Source: Spirochaetia bacterium (GTDB lineage Bacteria > Spirochaetota > Spirochaetia > UBA9216). From it: a DNA stretch of 64,000 nt. The notes under the pieces are model-generated. The model was not told the origin of the DNA. It saw only the letters and a program-made list of their open reading frames with translations, and ran no database searches. The stretch is from positions 448,001 to 512,000 of the forward strand of contig OY776510.1 in assembly GCA_963675665.1 (NCBI GenBank). Reading direction: 5' to 3'. The translations under genes and the position numbers were made by a program. Shown piece by piece: positions 27,407 to 37,780 of the stretch (positions are counted from its first letter, which is position 1; the number at the start of each line of letters is the position of its first letter).

Positions 27407-30400
27407 TTACAAACTCAGCCTTGAAAGGTCCTTGGGAATATCCTGATATATCTGCAGCCGGTAATCTTCGACCGGATAAAATACCGCCCGTGAATTCAAA
27501 TATGAAAGATTAACCGTATCCGGCTCTACAAGCGAGTTCGGATCACGGGAAAGTTTATCGTAATATTCAACCGAATCGGTAAGAAGCACCATTGCTTCCG
27601 CATTTTTTTCCGGTTCACGGCTTCTCTCATACAGACGGTATTTGGTAACTCCCAGGTTATTGCTTACCTTCATCATATTCTCAAGCAGGGCCCGATGCTC
27701 CGGAATCTCATCAATAAGCAGGTAATTAATTGACGAATATTCTTTACTGAGCAAATCAAGAAGATGTGTATAGTATCCCTCAGCAAGATAATAATCGTTT
27801 CGGTTGAACAGAGTATTGGCTGTTGAGTACATCAAAGCCCTGTCTACGGAAAACCCGCCGGCTGTATCATAAAACTCGATCAAAGCCTCTCTATAATTCT
27901 TGTTATAATACTGTATATAACCTTTTTTGTATTTCAATATCTCGGAAGAATATTCATTCAGTTCGGCTTTGGTATAATACTCAAGCGCCAGGTCATAATC
28001 TCCGCTGATATAATACGATAAATCTCCCAGGTTGGAAAAAATCATGCCGAATTCAGGTTTCGGCTGTATCTGCCTGTTGGCTATTGCTTCATCATACCGT
28101 TCGGCCGCTTTCTGATAAAACTCTTCGGCATCCAGATAATTCTCCTGTTCATACAGGATCATCCCTTTACGGTTATACGAATCGATCAGTAAACCGTTTC
28201 GGGTGCGGGTCAGCGGGTCTGTATTTTCAAAAAGCCAGATTGCTGCATTAAGCGCTTTCTCTTCCTCTTCCGGAATGTTGATAATACCAAAATAACGGGC
28301 AAGTTCATAATGTATTTCCGGAAGTTCCGCCTCTACAGAACGTGCTTTCATCAGGATCTCTCTTACATCCTCAAAACGGCCGCTGTCAATCAGATATCCT
28401 GCCAGTTCGGCATAAATGTCCGGCTCAATATCCGCTTTCGCATTCTGTTTAAAAGCATCATAAAGATTCATTGCTTCAGTATGGTTATCTGTTCTGATAA
28501 AATACCGCAACATTCTGAACAGAATCTCATCTCTGCCGCCGTACAGTTCAAGCAGCTTGGCATAATTAAATCTTGCCTCTTCATATCGTGATGGATCAAT
28601 TTCCCTTGCCCATTCCATATAGGTATCACCGAGCATCAGACGGGCTTCATAATCATTAAGGTGATCAAAAAGTAAATCAGTTAAAAGCTTTTCAGCTTCC
28701 GGATACTTGCCTAGAATCTTAAATTCCAGTTCGGCATAATCCAGCACAGCCTCGCGTTCATCCGGGTACCAGCCGAGCAGCTGCTCGTATTTTTCTTCGG
28801 CAAGAAGATATTGTTTATTATCTTCAAATGATTCTGCATATCTGTAAAACCAGTTTTTCTTTTTCCATTCACTGAATGCACGTTCGAAATATGAGTTGGC
28901 CTGTTCGTTGTTTCCCTGCGGAATTTCTTCATAGCCTTTTTTATATAGCGATTCAGCGTGCAGAGGGGTATATACAAACCGATACCCTAAAAACAATAAT
29001 AGCATCAGGGAAGCCGCTGCTATCAATGCTGTTCTGAACATCGGTATAAAGTTTTTTCTGAACATATAGCTGAAGGAACTCTTTTCTTTCTCGAATTCCT
29101 CAGCGGTGCGCTTTTCATACTGCGCCGGGATTTTTACCTTCTTTCCGGTTATTTTCGATACGACATTCCCAATTTCTCTTGCGCTGGAACCGGAAGTCAT
29201 CGCCTCAATGAGTTTATCCAGATTTTCACCGGTAAGCCGCTTTTCTCCTATCAGCTCCTCAATTATGAGCTTGAGATTCCGAGGCATTTGACCAAGAGTC
29301 TTTTTAAGTTCTATAAACTCATCATCGGGAATGGCGTAACTTTCATCGGAATACGCATCGTCAAAATCACCGCTTTCATCCGCAGAAGGAACATCAAGAC
29401 TTTCAAGATGCCCCATGTCTTCAGCAGGTTCTTCATCTACTCCGAATTCCTGCCCCAGATCTCCGAGACTGAACTCTGAAGCTTCAATATCATCGCCGTC
29501 TATCTCTCCTAGACTGAAATCTTCAAGACTGAATTCATCCTCTCCGGAGTCATCGGAACTTTCCATATCGGAGCCGAAGTCGCCGACCTCGGATTCACCG
29601 AGTTCATCCATGTCGGTGTCGAAGCCGGCCGTGTCGAGCTCACCGGCATCAGGTTCGCCCAGGTCATCCATGTCGGCGTCGAATTCGCCGGTGTCGAAGT
29701 CAGCCGTGTCCAGCTCTCCGAGGTCATCCATGTCGGTGTCGAAACCGGCCGTGTCGAGTTCACCGGCATCAGGTTCGCTCAGATCATCCATGTCGGCTTC
29801 GAATTCGCCGGTATCGAAGTCAGCCGTGTCCAGCTCTCCGAGGTCATCCATGTCTGTGTCGAAGCCGGTCGTGTCTATCTCACCGGCATCAGGTTCGCCC
29901 AGGTCATCCATATCGGCGTCGAATTCGCCGGTGTCGAAGTCAGCCGTGTCCAGCTCTCCGAGGTCATCCATGTCGGTGTCGAAGCCGGTCGTGTCGAGCT
30001 CACCGGCATCAGGTTCGCCCAGGTCATCCATGTCGGCTTCGAATTCGCCGGTATCGAAGTCGGCCGTGTCCAGCTCTCCGAGGTCATCCATGTCTGTGTC
30101 GAAACCGGCCGTGTCGAGTTCACCGGCATCAGGTTCGCCCAGGTCATCCATGTCGGCGTCGAATTCGCCGGTATCGAAGTCAGCCGTGTCGAGTTCATCA
30201 GCATCAGGTTCGCCCAGGTCATCCATGTCGACGTCAAAATCGCCGGTATCGAAGCCGGTCGTGTCTATCTCACCGGCATCAGGTTCGCCCAGGTCATCCA
30301 TGTCGGCTTCGAATTCGCCGGTATCGAAGCCGGTCGTGTCGAGTTCATCGGCATCAGTAATCTCTTCACCAGAACTTTCAAGATCAAACGAATCAAGATC

Positions 30401-30754
30401 CGCATCGAAACCTTCCGCTTCCAGGGCATCCATCTCTTCGAATTGATCCCCGGAAGAGGATTCTTCTGCAAGCTCTTCGTCGAGCCCCGAAAGTAATTCT
30501 TCAGGAAGATTATAATCGCCCTCAAATTCATCCGGTTCAGCTTCTGAATCTGTCGGCTCCTCGGCAAAAAGGGATGATTCTTCCAGAACATCTGTATCAT
30601 CCTCATCGAAAAGCGCACTCAAATCTCCGATCGATTCAGCTTCAGGCGGAGTAATATCCGGCATAACTTCACCGCGCTGTCTGCGTATCTCCTCTTCGTT
30701 GCCGAGACGAGTCAGATCTGTCTTAAAATCGTCTATTTCTTGAATCTGGGGCAT
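27407..30754 (-). CDS. flcA: FlcA-like periplasmic flagellar collar protein (acidic N-region, TM helix, TPR domain)
   Basis: Acidic low-complexity N-terminus, PRNLK..IEE motif, single TM, long TPR-like region; architecture recalled for spirochaete FlcA. Confidence 0.72.
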   Translation of the reverse strand: MPQIQEIDDFKTDLTRLGNEEEIRRQRGEVMPDITPPEAESIGDLSALFDEDDTDVLEESSLFAEEPTDSEAEPDEFEGDYNLPEELLSGLDEELAEESSSGDQFEEMDALEAEGFDADLDSFDLESSGEEITDADELDTTGFDTGEFEADMDDLGEPDAGEIDTTGFDTGDFDVDMDDLGEPDADELDTADFDTGEFDADMDDLGEPDAGELDTAGFDTDMDDLGELDTADFDTGEFEADMDDLGEPDAGELDTTGFDTDMDDLGELDTADFDTGEFDADMDDLGEPDAGEIDTTGFDTDMDDLGELDTADFDTGEFEADMDDLSEPDAGELDTAGFDTDMDDLGELDTADFDTGEFDADMDDLGEPDAGELDTAGFDTDMDELGESEVGDFGSDMESSDDSGEDEFSLEDFSLGEIDGDDIEASEFSLGDLGQEFGVDEEPAEDMGHLESLDVPSADESGDFDDAYSDESYAIPDDEFIELKKTLGQMPRNLKLIIEELIGEKRLTGENLDKLIEAMTSGSSAREIGNVVSKITGKKVKIPAQYEKRTAEEFEKEKSSFSYMFRKNFIPMFRTALIAAASLMLLLFLGYRFVYTPLHAESLYKKGYEEIPQGNNEQANSYFERAFSEWKKKNWFYRYAESFEDNKQYLLAEEKYEQLLGWYPDEREAVLDYAELEFKILGKYPEAEKLLTDLLFDHLNDYEARLMLGDTYMEWAREIDPSRYEEARFNYAKLLELYGGRDEILFRMLRYFIRTDNHTEAMNLYDAFKQNAKADIEPDIYAELAGYLIDSGRFEDVREILMKARSVEAELPEIHYELARYFGIINIPEEEEKALNAAIWLFENTDPLTRTRNGLLIDSYNRKGMILYEQENYLDAEEFYQKAAERYDEAIANRQIQPKPEFGMIFSNLGDLSYYISGDYDLALEYYTKAELNEYSSEILKYKKGYIQYYNKNYREALIEFYDTAGGFSVDRALMYSTANTLFNRNDYYLAEGYYTHLLDLLSKEYSSINYLLIDEIPEHRALLENMMKVSNNLGVTKYRLYERSREPEKNAEAMVLLTDSVEYYDKLSRDPNSLVEPDTVNLSYLNSRAVFYPVEDYRLQIYQDIPKDLSRLSL
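29604..30350. repeat. Coding tandem repeat: five 120-bp (40-aa) units plus 75-bp variants
   Basis: CACCGGCATCAGGTTCGC recurs at 29641, 29761, 29881, 30001, 30121; encodes DMDDLGEPDAGELDTAGFDT-DMDDLGELDTADFDTGEFEA. Confidence 0.95.
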
Positions 30755-30885
30755 ACTTGATTTTCGGTACTTTTTATTCGATGAGTTAGAGGATTTTAAT
30801 TCAAATCAGGGTTCATCCAATATCTTTAACTAAATCAGAAATCTGTCAAGCAATGAGCGCACAAAACCGAAATTATAATAGAACC

Positions 30886-31596
30886 ATGTATAACATACGT
30901 AAAAAAACACAGTCAATATTATTTTTTCTCCTGCTGCTTCCTGTAACCGCGTTGTTTGCTGATCCTGTAACTGTTCAGCTACATTTTGCCATAACAGAAG
31001 CTGTAGTCGCTTCGCCGCCTGAAGTTATTGATGATCATCTTGTACTTTCATATAAAGGCAGCAGACATTACCGATTTGTCGGAGCTGCTTTCAAACATGA
31101 AGATTTCAAGATTATCCATCCTTTCTATGTTAATACAAACGGAGTTTATGTTCTTACCTATCCGCTGGAAGAAGGTATAAGCGAACTGGAATACCGGCTT
31201 GTTGTTGACGGTTTATGGATGACCGATCCGAATAATCAGAATACGATAACAGATTTAAGCGGACTTTCACTTTCAAGCTACATGATCCCGGAAAAAGAAG
31301 GGCCTCCGGAATCGCCTAAACATACAGATAAATCTGTGACCTTTCGTTACCTCGGGGCCCGCGGTCAGAAAGTATTTGTATACGGAGATTTCAACAACTG
31401 GGATCCTTATATGTACAGGCTTGCGGAAGAACCGGGTACAGGTTTATACAGTTGCAAACTGCGTTTAAGTCCGGGGACTTACAAATATAAATATATTGTA
31501 GACGGAACAGCCATGCCGGATCCACTTAATGAAGAAAAATCTCTTGACACCTTCGGAGAGACTGCCTCTGTTTTTACTGTACCGTTTGAATTCTAA
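30886..31596 (+). CDS. Exported glycogen-binding (CBM48/AMPK-like E-set) domain protein
   Basis: YRLVVDGLWMTDP.N and VFVYGDFNNW, YKYIVDG...DPLN tandem domains. Confidence 0.82.
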   Translation: MYNIRKKTQSILFFLLLLPVTALFADPVTVQLHFAITEAVVASPPEVIDDHLVLSYKGSRHYRFVGAAFKHEDFKIIHPFYVNTNGVYVLTYPLEEGISELEYRLVVDGLWMTDPNNQNTITDLSGLSLSSYMIPEKEGPPESPKHTDKSVTFRYLGARGQKVFVYGDFNNWDPYMYRLAEEPGTGLYSCKLRLSPGTYKYKYIVDGTAMPDPLNEEKSLDTFGETASVFTVPFEF

Positions 31597-32509
31597 GCAG
31601 AATACTGTCTTCTCTTCGGCAACTGTCCGCTATATCGGCAAGTGCAAGCCCTTTTCCGGTCTTGAAAAGGGCTGTTGATTCTCCTTCCCAGAATAAATCA
31701 AGATAGCAGCCTACAGCACAAACAGTCATTCCGAAATTTACTTCAGTATTGAGCATTCGCATGGGCAGCGCCCGCAGAAAACTCCGTTTCTGGTCCGGGT
31801 CGTAAACTTCACCGTTAGCTTTAATATCTACCCAGAGAAAGGCTCCTGAATTTTTTTTCTCCCAGTCGGTTGAATATGCATCACGGCAGATCGTCAGGGC
31901 AATGTCCTGAGCTTTTACCTGAAAAAACCCGGCATCATCAAGACTTCCCGGGCTTAATCCGATAACACCGGTCTCAAAATCAGTAAGAAAGACTTTGTCT
32001 TGGTAATAAACAAGAGTTCCGTCAGCTCCGAATACATGCGCTCGGTTACGAAGGCCTCCGTTATCATCTTCAATGAAACAACTTCCTGAAATTATTGCAA
32101 CTTCGTATTTTTTGGACAGATTCGACCATCCGGAAAGCCATCGTCCGACAGCTGCTTCATCTCTGAAAATATCAGAGAGATCATTATACTCCGAATGTCT
32201 ATTGAGAATATCAACCAGGGCCTGCTGAAAGCCGTTATGACGATTTATTATTCCGTTATATTCTATAAGTTGAAAGAAAACACCGATATACTCAGGAAAA
32301 ATAACGAGGTCAGGTTGCATTTCTTCCGAACACAGATCACTAATAATCCTGTCGGTAATATCAAAAAAGGTTTCTTCACTTTTATAATTTTCCGGGCATA
32401 TTTCAAACTGTACTCCGACAGCTGTGAATATATCGTCGGCATCAGATAAACCGTATATTAAGCTCAAAGGCAACAGAAGAAGCGTAATAAATATTATCCG
32501 GAATTGCAT
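31574..32509 (-). CDS. Exported carbon-nitrogen hydrolase (nitrilase superfamily)
   Basis: VIFPEY (E), QDKVFL (K), TICRDA (C) triad. Confidence 0.82.
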   Translation of the reverse strand: MQFRIIFITLLLLPLSLIYGLSDADDIFTAVGVQFEICPENYKSEETFFDITDRIISDLCSEEMQPDLVIFPEYIGVFFQLIEYNGIINRHNGFQQALVDILNRHSEYNDLSDIFRDEAAVGRWLSGWSNLSKKYEVAIISGSCFIEDDNGGLRNRAHVFGADGTLVYYQDKVFLTDFETGVIGLSPGSLDDAGFFQVKAQDIALTICRDAYSTDWEKKNSGAFLWVDIKANGEVYDPDQKRSFLRALPMRMLNTEVNFGMTVCAVGCYLDLFWEGESTALFKTGKGLALADIADSCRREDSILLRIQTVQ

Positions 32510-32657
32510 GTGAGGATATTACTATAAATTTCAGTATTTTAAAAGGATTTTTGTCCGTTCGTATTTTGTTCCTTCGGTGCCGCCAACCTCTTTTATCAAT
32601 CTTGCTTTTCCCTTCCCTTTACGGTATTTTAGATCATAATTCTTAACGGAGATTTTT

Positions 32658-33212
32658 TTGTTCAAACTGAATCTGGTCATTCGCCGGAAGAACGAAGACA
32701 TAATGATATTTTCGCCCTCTCCGCTGTTCAGGGTTCTGTTTCTGATAGTAGCTGCCGTAATGATAAGCGGAATGGTTATTTCTGTTATTGATGATAATAA
32801 AGGAAGCTTCATACTGCCGTGTATAATCGCTGCAATATGTATTATCGCCGCATTTTACGAAGAATCCTGGACCTTCGATAAAAAGGACTGCGTTATCACA
32901 AGAAAAACAGGGCTTCTGTTTTTCCATAAAATGAAAAAAATCCCTTTTAAGGAAATTGATGCGTTGGAACTTACTGTTTTGATCCGCGGAGGACGTATCG
33001 TAAACCCGGAGGCGCCGGATTCGGATACCGATGAGTTGAAACCTGACAGTCCCAGGAAAAAAACTAATAAAAAGTACTACCAGATACTGCAGTTAAACCT
33101 GAAATCGGGAGAAAACATTATAATGGAAACATTCGAAGGCTATAATACTGACAACATCATAAAAAAAGCCTGGATACTTTCTGATTTCTGCGGCTTCCGG
33201 TTCGTAAAATAA
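32658..33212 (+). CDS. Hypothetical membrane protein
   Basis: Two TM helices then YEESWTFD...GLLFF; start uncertain. Confidence 0.6.
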   Translation: MFKLNLVIRRKNEDIMIFSPSPLFRVLFLIVAAVMISGMVISVIDDNKGSFILPCIIAAICIIAAFYEESWTFDKKDCVITRKTGLLFFHKMKKIPFKEIDALELTVLIRGGRIVNPEAPDSDTDELKPDSPRKKTNKKYYQILQLNLKSGENIIMETFEGYNTDNIIKKAWILSDFCGFRFVK

Positions 33213-33214
33213 AA

Positions 33215-33252
33215 CGCCGGAGGTCAAACAACAGCGTTGCAGAACTCCGGCG
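33215..33252. terminator. Stem-loop between convergent genes
   Basis: CGCCGGAG...CTCCGGCG. Confidence 0.55.
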
Positions 33253-33273
33253 GTGTTAATCAAATATTTAAAA

Positions 33274-34341
33274 TCAACTAATCTCTTTCCATCTGTGACA
33301 GGCAACGAATCTGTTCGGACCAGCCTGCTCCAGTTCGGGAATCTTCTGTTTGCAAATCTCTTTCGCATATGAACAGCGCGGATGAAAACGACAGCCGGAC
33401 GGCGGGGCTATCGGGTTAGGTACATCCCCTGAAAGGACAATCCGGGAGTCCTTTGCGCCCGGTTCCGGAATAGGAATTGCTGAAAGAAGCGCTTTGGTAT
33501 ACGGATGCAGAGCGTCCTTGAAAAGCTCATCCGTATCGCTTAGTTCCATTATCTTTCCAAGGTACATTACCGCAATCCTGTTGCTTATATATTTTACAAC
33601 AAGCAGATGATGTGTAACAAAAAGATACGTCAGAGAAAACTCTTCCTGAAGATTCATCAGTAGATTCAGGATCTGCGACTGTACCGATACATCAAGAGCT
33701 GATGTAGGTTCATCCATCAGAATAAAATCCGGGTTTGTCGCAAGCGCCCTGGCCACGGCAATACGCTGCCTCTGACCGCCGGAAAACTCATGCGGGTACC
33801 GCATCATATGTTCTTTAGCCATACCTACGGTATTCAGGAGGGTCAGGACTCTCTCCTCGATCTCCCTCGCATTATAAATGCCCTGAACGGAAAGCGGCTC
33901 CGCTACAATCTTTCTAACAAGCATCCTCGGGTTAAGCGAGTTGGATGGATCCTGAAATACAATCTGAATTTTCCTTCGCAGTTTAATAAGATCATTTGAA
34001 TGCATTTTCGTCAAATCAGCTTTCTTCAGGAGTCGCGAAGCCTCATCCAATTGCTTTGGATCCGCGGACTCAAGCATCTTCTCGATTTTTTCTATCTCTG
34101 AAGAAGGCTGATCATAATATATTCTTCCTGCAGTTGAATCATGAAGTCTGAGTATTGTCTTTCCGATTGTTGTTTTACCACAGCCGGATTCGCCTACAAG
34201 CCCAAGGCACTCACCCCTTTTAATGGCAAGATTGACATCATCAACCGCTTTGACATCTGCAATATGACGTTTGAAGACCCCGCCTTTTACAGGGTAGTAT
34301 TTCTTAAGTCTGCGAATATCTATAATGTTCTCGTTCATCAT
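33274..34341 (-). CDS. dppF: Oligo/dipeptide ABC ATP-binding protein (OppF/DppF)
   Basis: GESGCGKT, YPHEFSGGQRQR, HPYTKALL, PSGCRFHPRC. Confidence 0.92.
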   Translation of the reverse strand: MMNENIIDIRRLKKYYPVKGGVFKRHIADVKAVDDVNLAIKRGECLGLVGESGCGKTTIGKTILRLHDSTAGRIYYDQPSSEIEKIEKMLESADPKQLDEASRLLKKADLTKMHSNDLIKLRRKIQIVFQDPSNSLNPRMLVRKIVAEPLSVQGIYNAREIEERVLTLLNTVGMAKEHMMRYPHEFSGGQRQRIAVARALATNPDFILMDEPTSALDVSVQSQILNLLMNLQEEFSLTYLFVTHHLLVVKYISNRIAVMYLGKIMELSDTDELFKDALHPYTKALLSAIPIPEPGAKDSRIVLSGDVPNPIAPPSGCRFHPRCSYAKEICKQKIPELEQAGPNRFVACHRWKEIS

Positions 34342-35624
34342 TCTGCTTCCTTCGCTGTATAAAGATGACAAGCCACGGTATGCCCTTCACTGTATTCAAT
34401 GACTTCGGGTTTTATCTGTTTACAGATATCCATAGCCTGCTCACATCTCGGGTGAAACCGGCATCCGGACGGAGGATGTACCAGATTAGGAACAATACCG
34501 GGTATAGTCGCCAGGGCCTCTTCCTGCTGAACTTTTGGAACTGATTTAAGAAGGGCTTTGGTGTACGGGTGCAACGGTTCATTGAAAAGAGTGGCGACCT
34601 TTGCCGTCTCACATGTGTCGCCGGCGTACATTACAGTTACCCTGTCGCAGACCTCAGCCACGACGCCGAGATCATGGGTAATAAACAGTACTGATGAAAT
34701 CTGAGTCTCTTTAAGCTTGTTGATAAGCTCAATTATCTGAGCTTGAATTGTTACGTCAAGATTGCTCGTCGGTTCATCCGCAATAAGCATCTTCGGATGA
34801 CAGGCCAGCGCTATTGCTATAACGATACGCTGCTGCATTCCGCCGGAAAGTTCATGGGGATAGGAACCGGCAATATTCTCAGGATTCGGAATTCCGAGGG
34901 CTTCAAGAAGTTCTACAACCATTCTGTGAACTATCCGATCAACAGGCCTGTAATACCTGCGCAAAACAGGAACATGTTTTACAAACTGTACAAGACCATC
35001 GGATTTTCGGATCTTCTCCCTTTTTTTCTCAAGGGCATGTCTCTTTTTTATGTCTACTTTGTTATCAAGTTCTCCGATACCTACAATTTTAGCCTCAATC
35101 CGTTCCGCCCTGGTATCATACCTTTTTCTGGCTTTCTGCTCGCGTTTCAGAAGACGGATCTGAAAGCCTTTCCACCCGCCGGGTGATCCGTCCTGTCCGC
35201 CCAGACTTTCAATGGCTTCCTGAAGAATTTCTTTCATACGATGCAGTCTGAAACTTTCACCCACCTGGTATTCAATTGAGAGGACCGGGTTAAGAGAAGT
35301 GCTTGCTTCCTGAAATATCATGGATACTTCATTGCCCCGGATTCCCTCCATGTAGGATTCGCTCCGTTTTACTATATCTACAGCCTTTTGCCGGTCTTCT
35401 TCATTCAGAAAAAGAAGAATACGGCCGTCTTCTATCCTTCCCGGAGACTGAACAATCCTCATCAGTGATCTTACAGTTACGCTTTTCCCACAACCGGATT
35501 CACCGACAAGACCGTAGGTCTCTCCGTGTTTTACTTCTATGCTTACCCCGTTAAGGGCCTTTACAACACCTTCATAGGTGTAGAAATTAGTATATAATTT
35601 ATCGGTTTGTGCTATCTTTTCCAC
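34338..35624 (-). CDS. dppD: Oligo/dipeptide ABC ATP-binding protein (OppD/DppD) with internal insertion
   Basis: GESGCGKS, YPHELSGGMQQR, ITHDLGVV, GCRFHPRC. Confidence 0.92.
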   Translation of the reverse strand: MEKIAQTDKLYTNFYTYEGVVKALNGVSIEVKHGETYGLVGESGCGKSVTVRSLMRIVQSPGRIEDGRILLFLNEEDRQKAVDIVKRSESYMEGIRGNEVSMIFQEASTSLNPVLSIEYQVGESFRLHRMKEILQEAIESLGGQDGSPGGWKGFQIRLLKREQKARKRYDTRAERIEAKIVGIGELDNKVDIKKRHALEKKREKIRKSDGLVQFVKHVPVLRRYYRPVDRIVHRMVVELLEALGIPNPENIAGSYPHELSGGMQQRIVIAIALACHPKMLIADEPTSNLDVTIQAQIIELINKLKETQISSVLFITHDLGVVAEVCDRVTVMYAGDTCETAKVATLFNEPLHPYTKALLKSVPKVQQEEALATIPGIVPNLVHPPSGCRFHPRCEQAMDICKQIKPEVIEYSEGHTVACHLYTAKEAE

Positions 35625-36574
35625 TATTTTCTCCGCATCTTCGGATCAAAAACGTCACGCGCCGCATCTCCGATAAGGTTCCAGCCGAGAACGAACATTG
35701 CTATAACAAAACCCGGCGTAAATACAACATACCAGTAGGCCAGCCGGTTATCCGGAGGGCCTACAATCCAGTCGCGGCACATTGAAACCATCTGGCCCCA
35801 GTCTGCATACCCGCTTTCGGCTCCCAGTCCGAGAAAGGAAAGTGCGGCCGCGGAAAGGACCGTTACACCTATACTCATTGAAGCAATAATAAGAACTGAA
35901 TAGACTGCATTCGGAAGGATGTGAGTAGCAATTATCCTGAAACTCTTTGCTCCGCTCGCCTTTGCCGCAAGGATATAATCCTTGTCCCTGATTATCATGA
36001 TTTCACTTCTGATAATTCTGGTGTATTGCGGCCACCCGAGAATGATCATTACAATCATAATCGACTGCAACCCGCGTCCGATAGCAACAACCATTGCCAT
36101 CGCAACAACCAGGAACGGCAGAGAATAGAACATATCGGTAATACGCATTATCACTTCATCAACCCATCCGCCGAAGTAACCGGCAAGCGAACCCAGAATA
36201 ACACCTACTATCAGGTTGGCAATGACAATAACAAAACTGAGCTTGAATACACTCCTTGTTCCCCAGACAATTCCGTACAGGATATCATACTGCTGTTCCA
36301 TAGTTCCAAGCGGGTGCTCGGCGTTCGGAGGCGACGGGGCCGTCTGCCAGCCGTCATGGGGAATCTGGTATGGATCATGCGGATTCTCGGGCGGCGCCAG
36401 TACCGGCGCAAATATAGCGACCAATACAAAAATTACAACAATCGTTGTACCGATTATCGTAAGCGGGTTTTTAAAAAACCTTTTAAACGAAAACAGAAAT
36501 TCCTTGACCCGGGGATGAGAGAAGAAGCCTTTGTCTTTTTTTTGTTTCATATCTACAGCATCTGTCATGATCAA
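35624..36574 (-). CDS. dppC: Peptide ABC permease (OppC/DppC)
   Basis: HPLGT, GYFGGWVDEVIMRITD, AAKASGA, LSFLGLG. Confidence 0.93.
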   Translation of the reverse strand: MIMTDAVDMKQKKDKGFFSHPRVKEFLFSFKRFFKNPLTIIGTTIVVIFVLVAIFAPVLAPPENPHDPYQIPHDGWQTAPSPPNAEHPLGTMEQQYDILYGIVWGTRSVFKLSFVIVIANLIVGVILGSLAGYFGGWVDEVIMRITDMFYSLPFLVVAMAMVVAIGRGLQSIMIVMIILGWPQYTRIIRSEIMIIRDKDYILAAKASGAKSFRIIATHILPNAVYSVLIIASMSIGVTVLSAAALSFLGLGAESGYADWGQMVSMCRDWIVGPPDNRLAYWYVVFTPGFVIAMFVLGWNLIGDAARDVFDPKMRRK

Positions 36575-36579
36575 TCTCC

Positions 36580-37614
36580 TCAGGTTAGCCTTATTCTCGG
36601 GTCGATATAGGCATATAGAATATCTATAATAAGATTAACCGTCGCAAAAACCAGGCCGAGAAAGAGTACGTTGAACATTATTGCCGGTACATCCAGCTGA
36701 GTAGCGGCACGGGCCATCCAGAGACCTATTCCTTTACGGTTGAATATAGTTTCTGTTATTACCATTCCGGCCATGGACGTCGCGAACATCTGACCCGAGA
36801 TGGTTACAACCGGGATAAGGGCGTTCCTGCGCGCGTGCGTTCTGTGAATAGTTTTTTTGTCGGCGCCCTTTGCAAGGGCTGTTCGTATGTAATCCTGCCC
36901 AAGCGCTTCAAGCATGCTTGAACGCATGAGTCTGAGAATCAGCGCGGATTGCAGTATGACAAGATTAAATGTCGGGAGGATCAGATGATAAAAGCCGTCC
37001 CAGACTATATCCCATCTGCCGTTAAGAATACCGTCGATTACTATCAATCCTGTTATACGATTCCATTCGGGGCTTGAAATAACATCCTTCCCCGCATCGG
37101 ATATCTGTCCGGGTGGAAATATTCCGAGCAGACCGTAAAAAAGCATAAGCAGCATAAGACCGAGCCAGAACGTGGGCAGGGAATAGCCGATTACGGCAAA
37201 GACCCTCGTAAAATGATCTATAGGCTTGTCCTTATGGACCGCGCCGATTGTCCCAAGCCATATTCCGACGATTATTATCAACGGCGTCGACAGCAGAACA
37301 AGCTCCAAAGTAATTGGAAAATACTGTTTGAAACCGTCGATAACGTCGTTCTTTGCCGTCTCGGAATAACCGAAATCACCGTGAGCGATATTGTTTATCC
37401 AACGCACATATTGCACCGGAGCCGGATCATTCATCCCGTATTTATTAATGAGCGTCTCCATTTGTGCCGGCGTTACTTTTTCACTTTTAACATAGATTGC
37501 AACCCTCTGCCCGGGCGGAATGATCATCATGATTATAAAAACCATAAGGGACACGCCGAATAGAACGAGGATCATAAGAAGAAGCCTACGAATTATGTAG
37601 TTTAGAAGATTCAC
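36580..37614 (-). CDS. dppB: Peptide ABC permease (OppB/DppB)
   Basis: YIIRRLL, GDFGYS, DYIRTALAKG, YAYIDPRI; GTG start after GGAG. Confidence 0.93.
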   Translation of the reverse strand: MNLLNYIIRRLLLMILVLFGVSLMVFIIMMIIPPGQRVAIYVKSEKVTPAQMETLINKYGMNDPAPVQYVRWINNIAHGDFGYSETAKNDVIDGFKQYFPITLELVLLSTPLIIIVGIWLGTIGAVHKDKPIDHFTRVFAVIGYSLPTFWLGLMLLMLFYGLLGIFPPGQISDAGKDVISSPEWNRITGLIVIDGILNGRWDIVWDGFYHLILPTFNLVILQSALILRLMRSSMLEALGQDYIRTALAKGADKKTIHRTHARRNALIPVVTISGQMFATSMAGMVITETIFNRKGIGLWMARAATQLDVPAIMFNVLFLGLVFATVNLIIDILYAYIDPRIRLT

Positions 37615-37700
37615 TGAATTTATCTCCGTATAAATTGTAATTAGATTGATTCTTTTAATTCTGCACGAAAAAGAAATTATCTCATACAGAAGTAAAAGAA

Positions 37701-37741
37701 GGGGTTCCAGCCGATACAATTAAAAGAACGGCTGGAACCCC
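37701..37741 (-). terminator. Hairpin after the binding-protein gene
   Basis: Perfect 13-bp IR GGGGTTCCAGCCG/CGGCTGGAACCCC followed by TTCTTTT on the minus strand. Confidence 0.8.
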
Positions 37742-37780
37742 ATATATTTCTATTTTTATATAAATGTCAAGACTCGAGTC

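Noticed and set aside
29415-30446. 343-aa Ser-rich ORF on the + strand and other alternative-frame ORFs in the repeat
   Set aside because: Shadow frames of the acidic flcA repeat; no independent coding signal.
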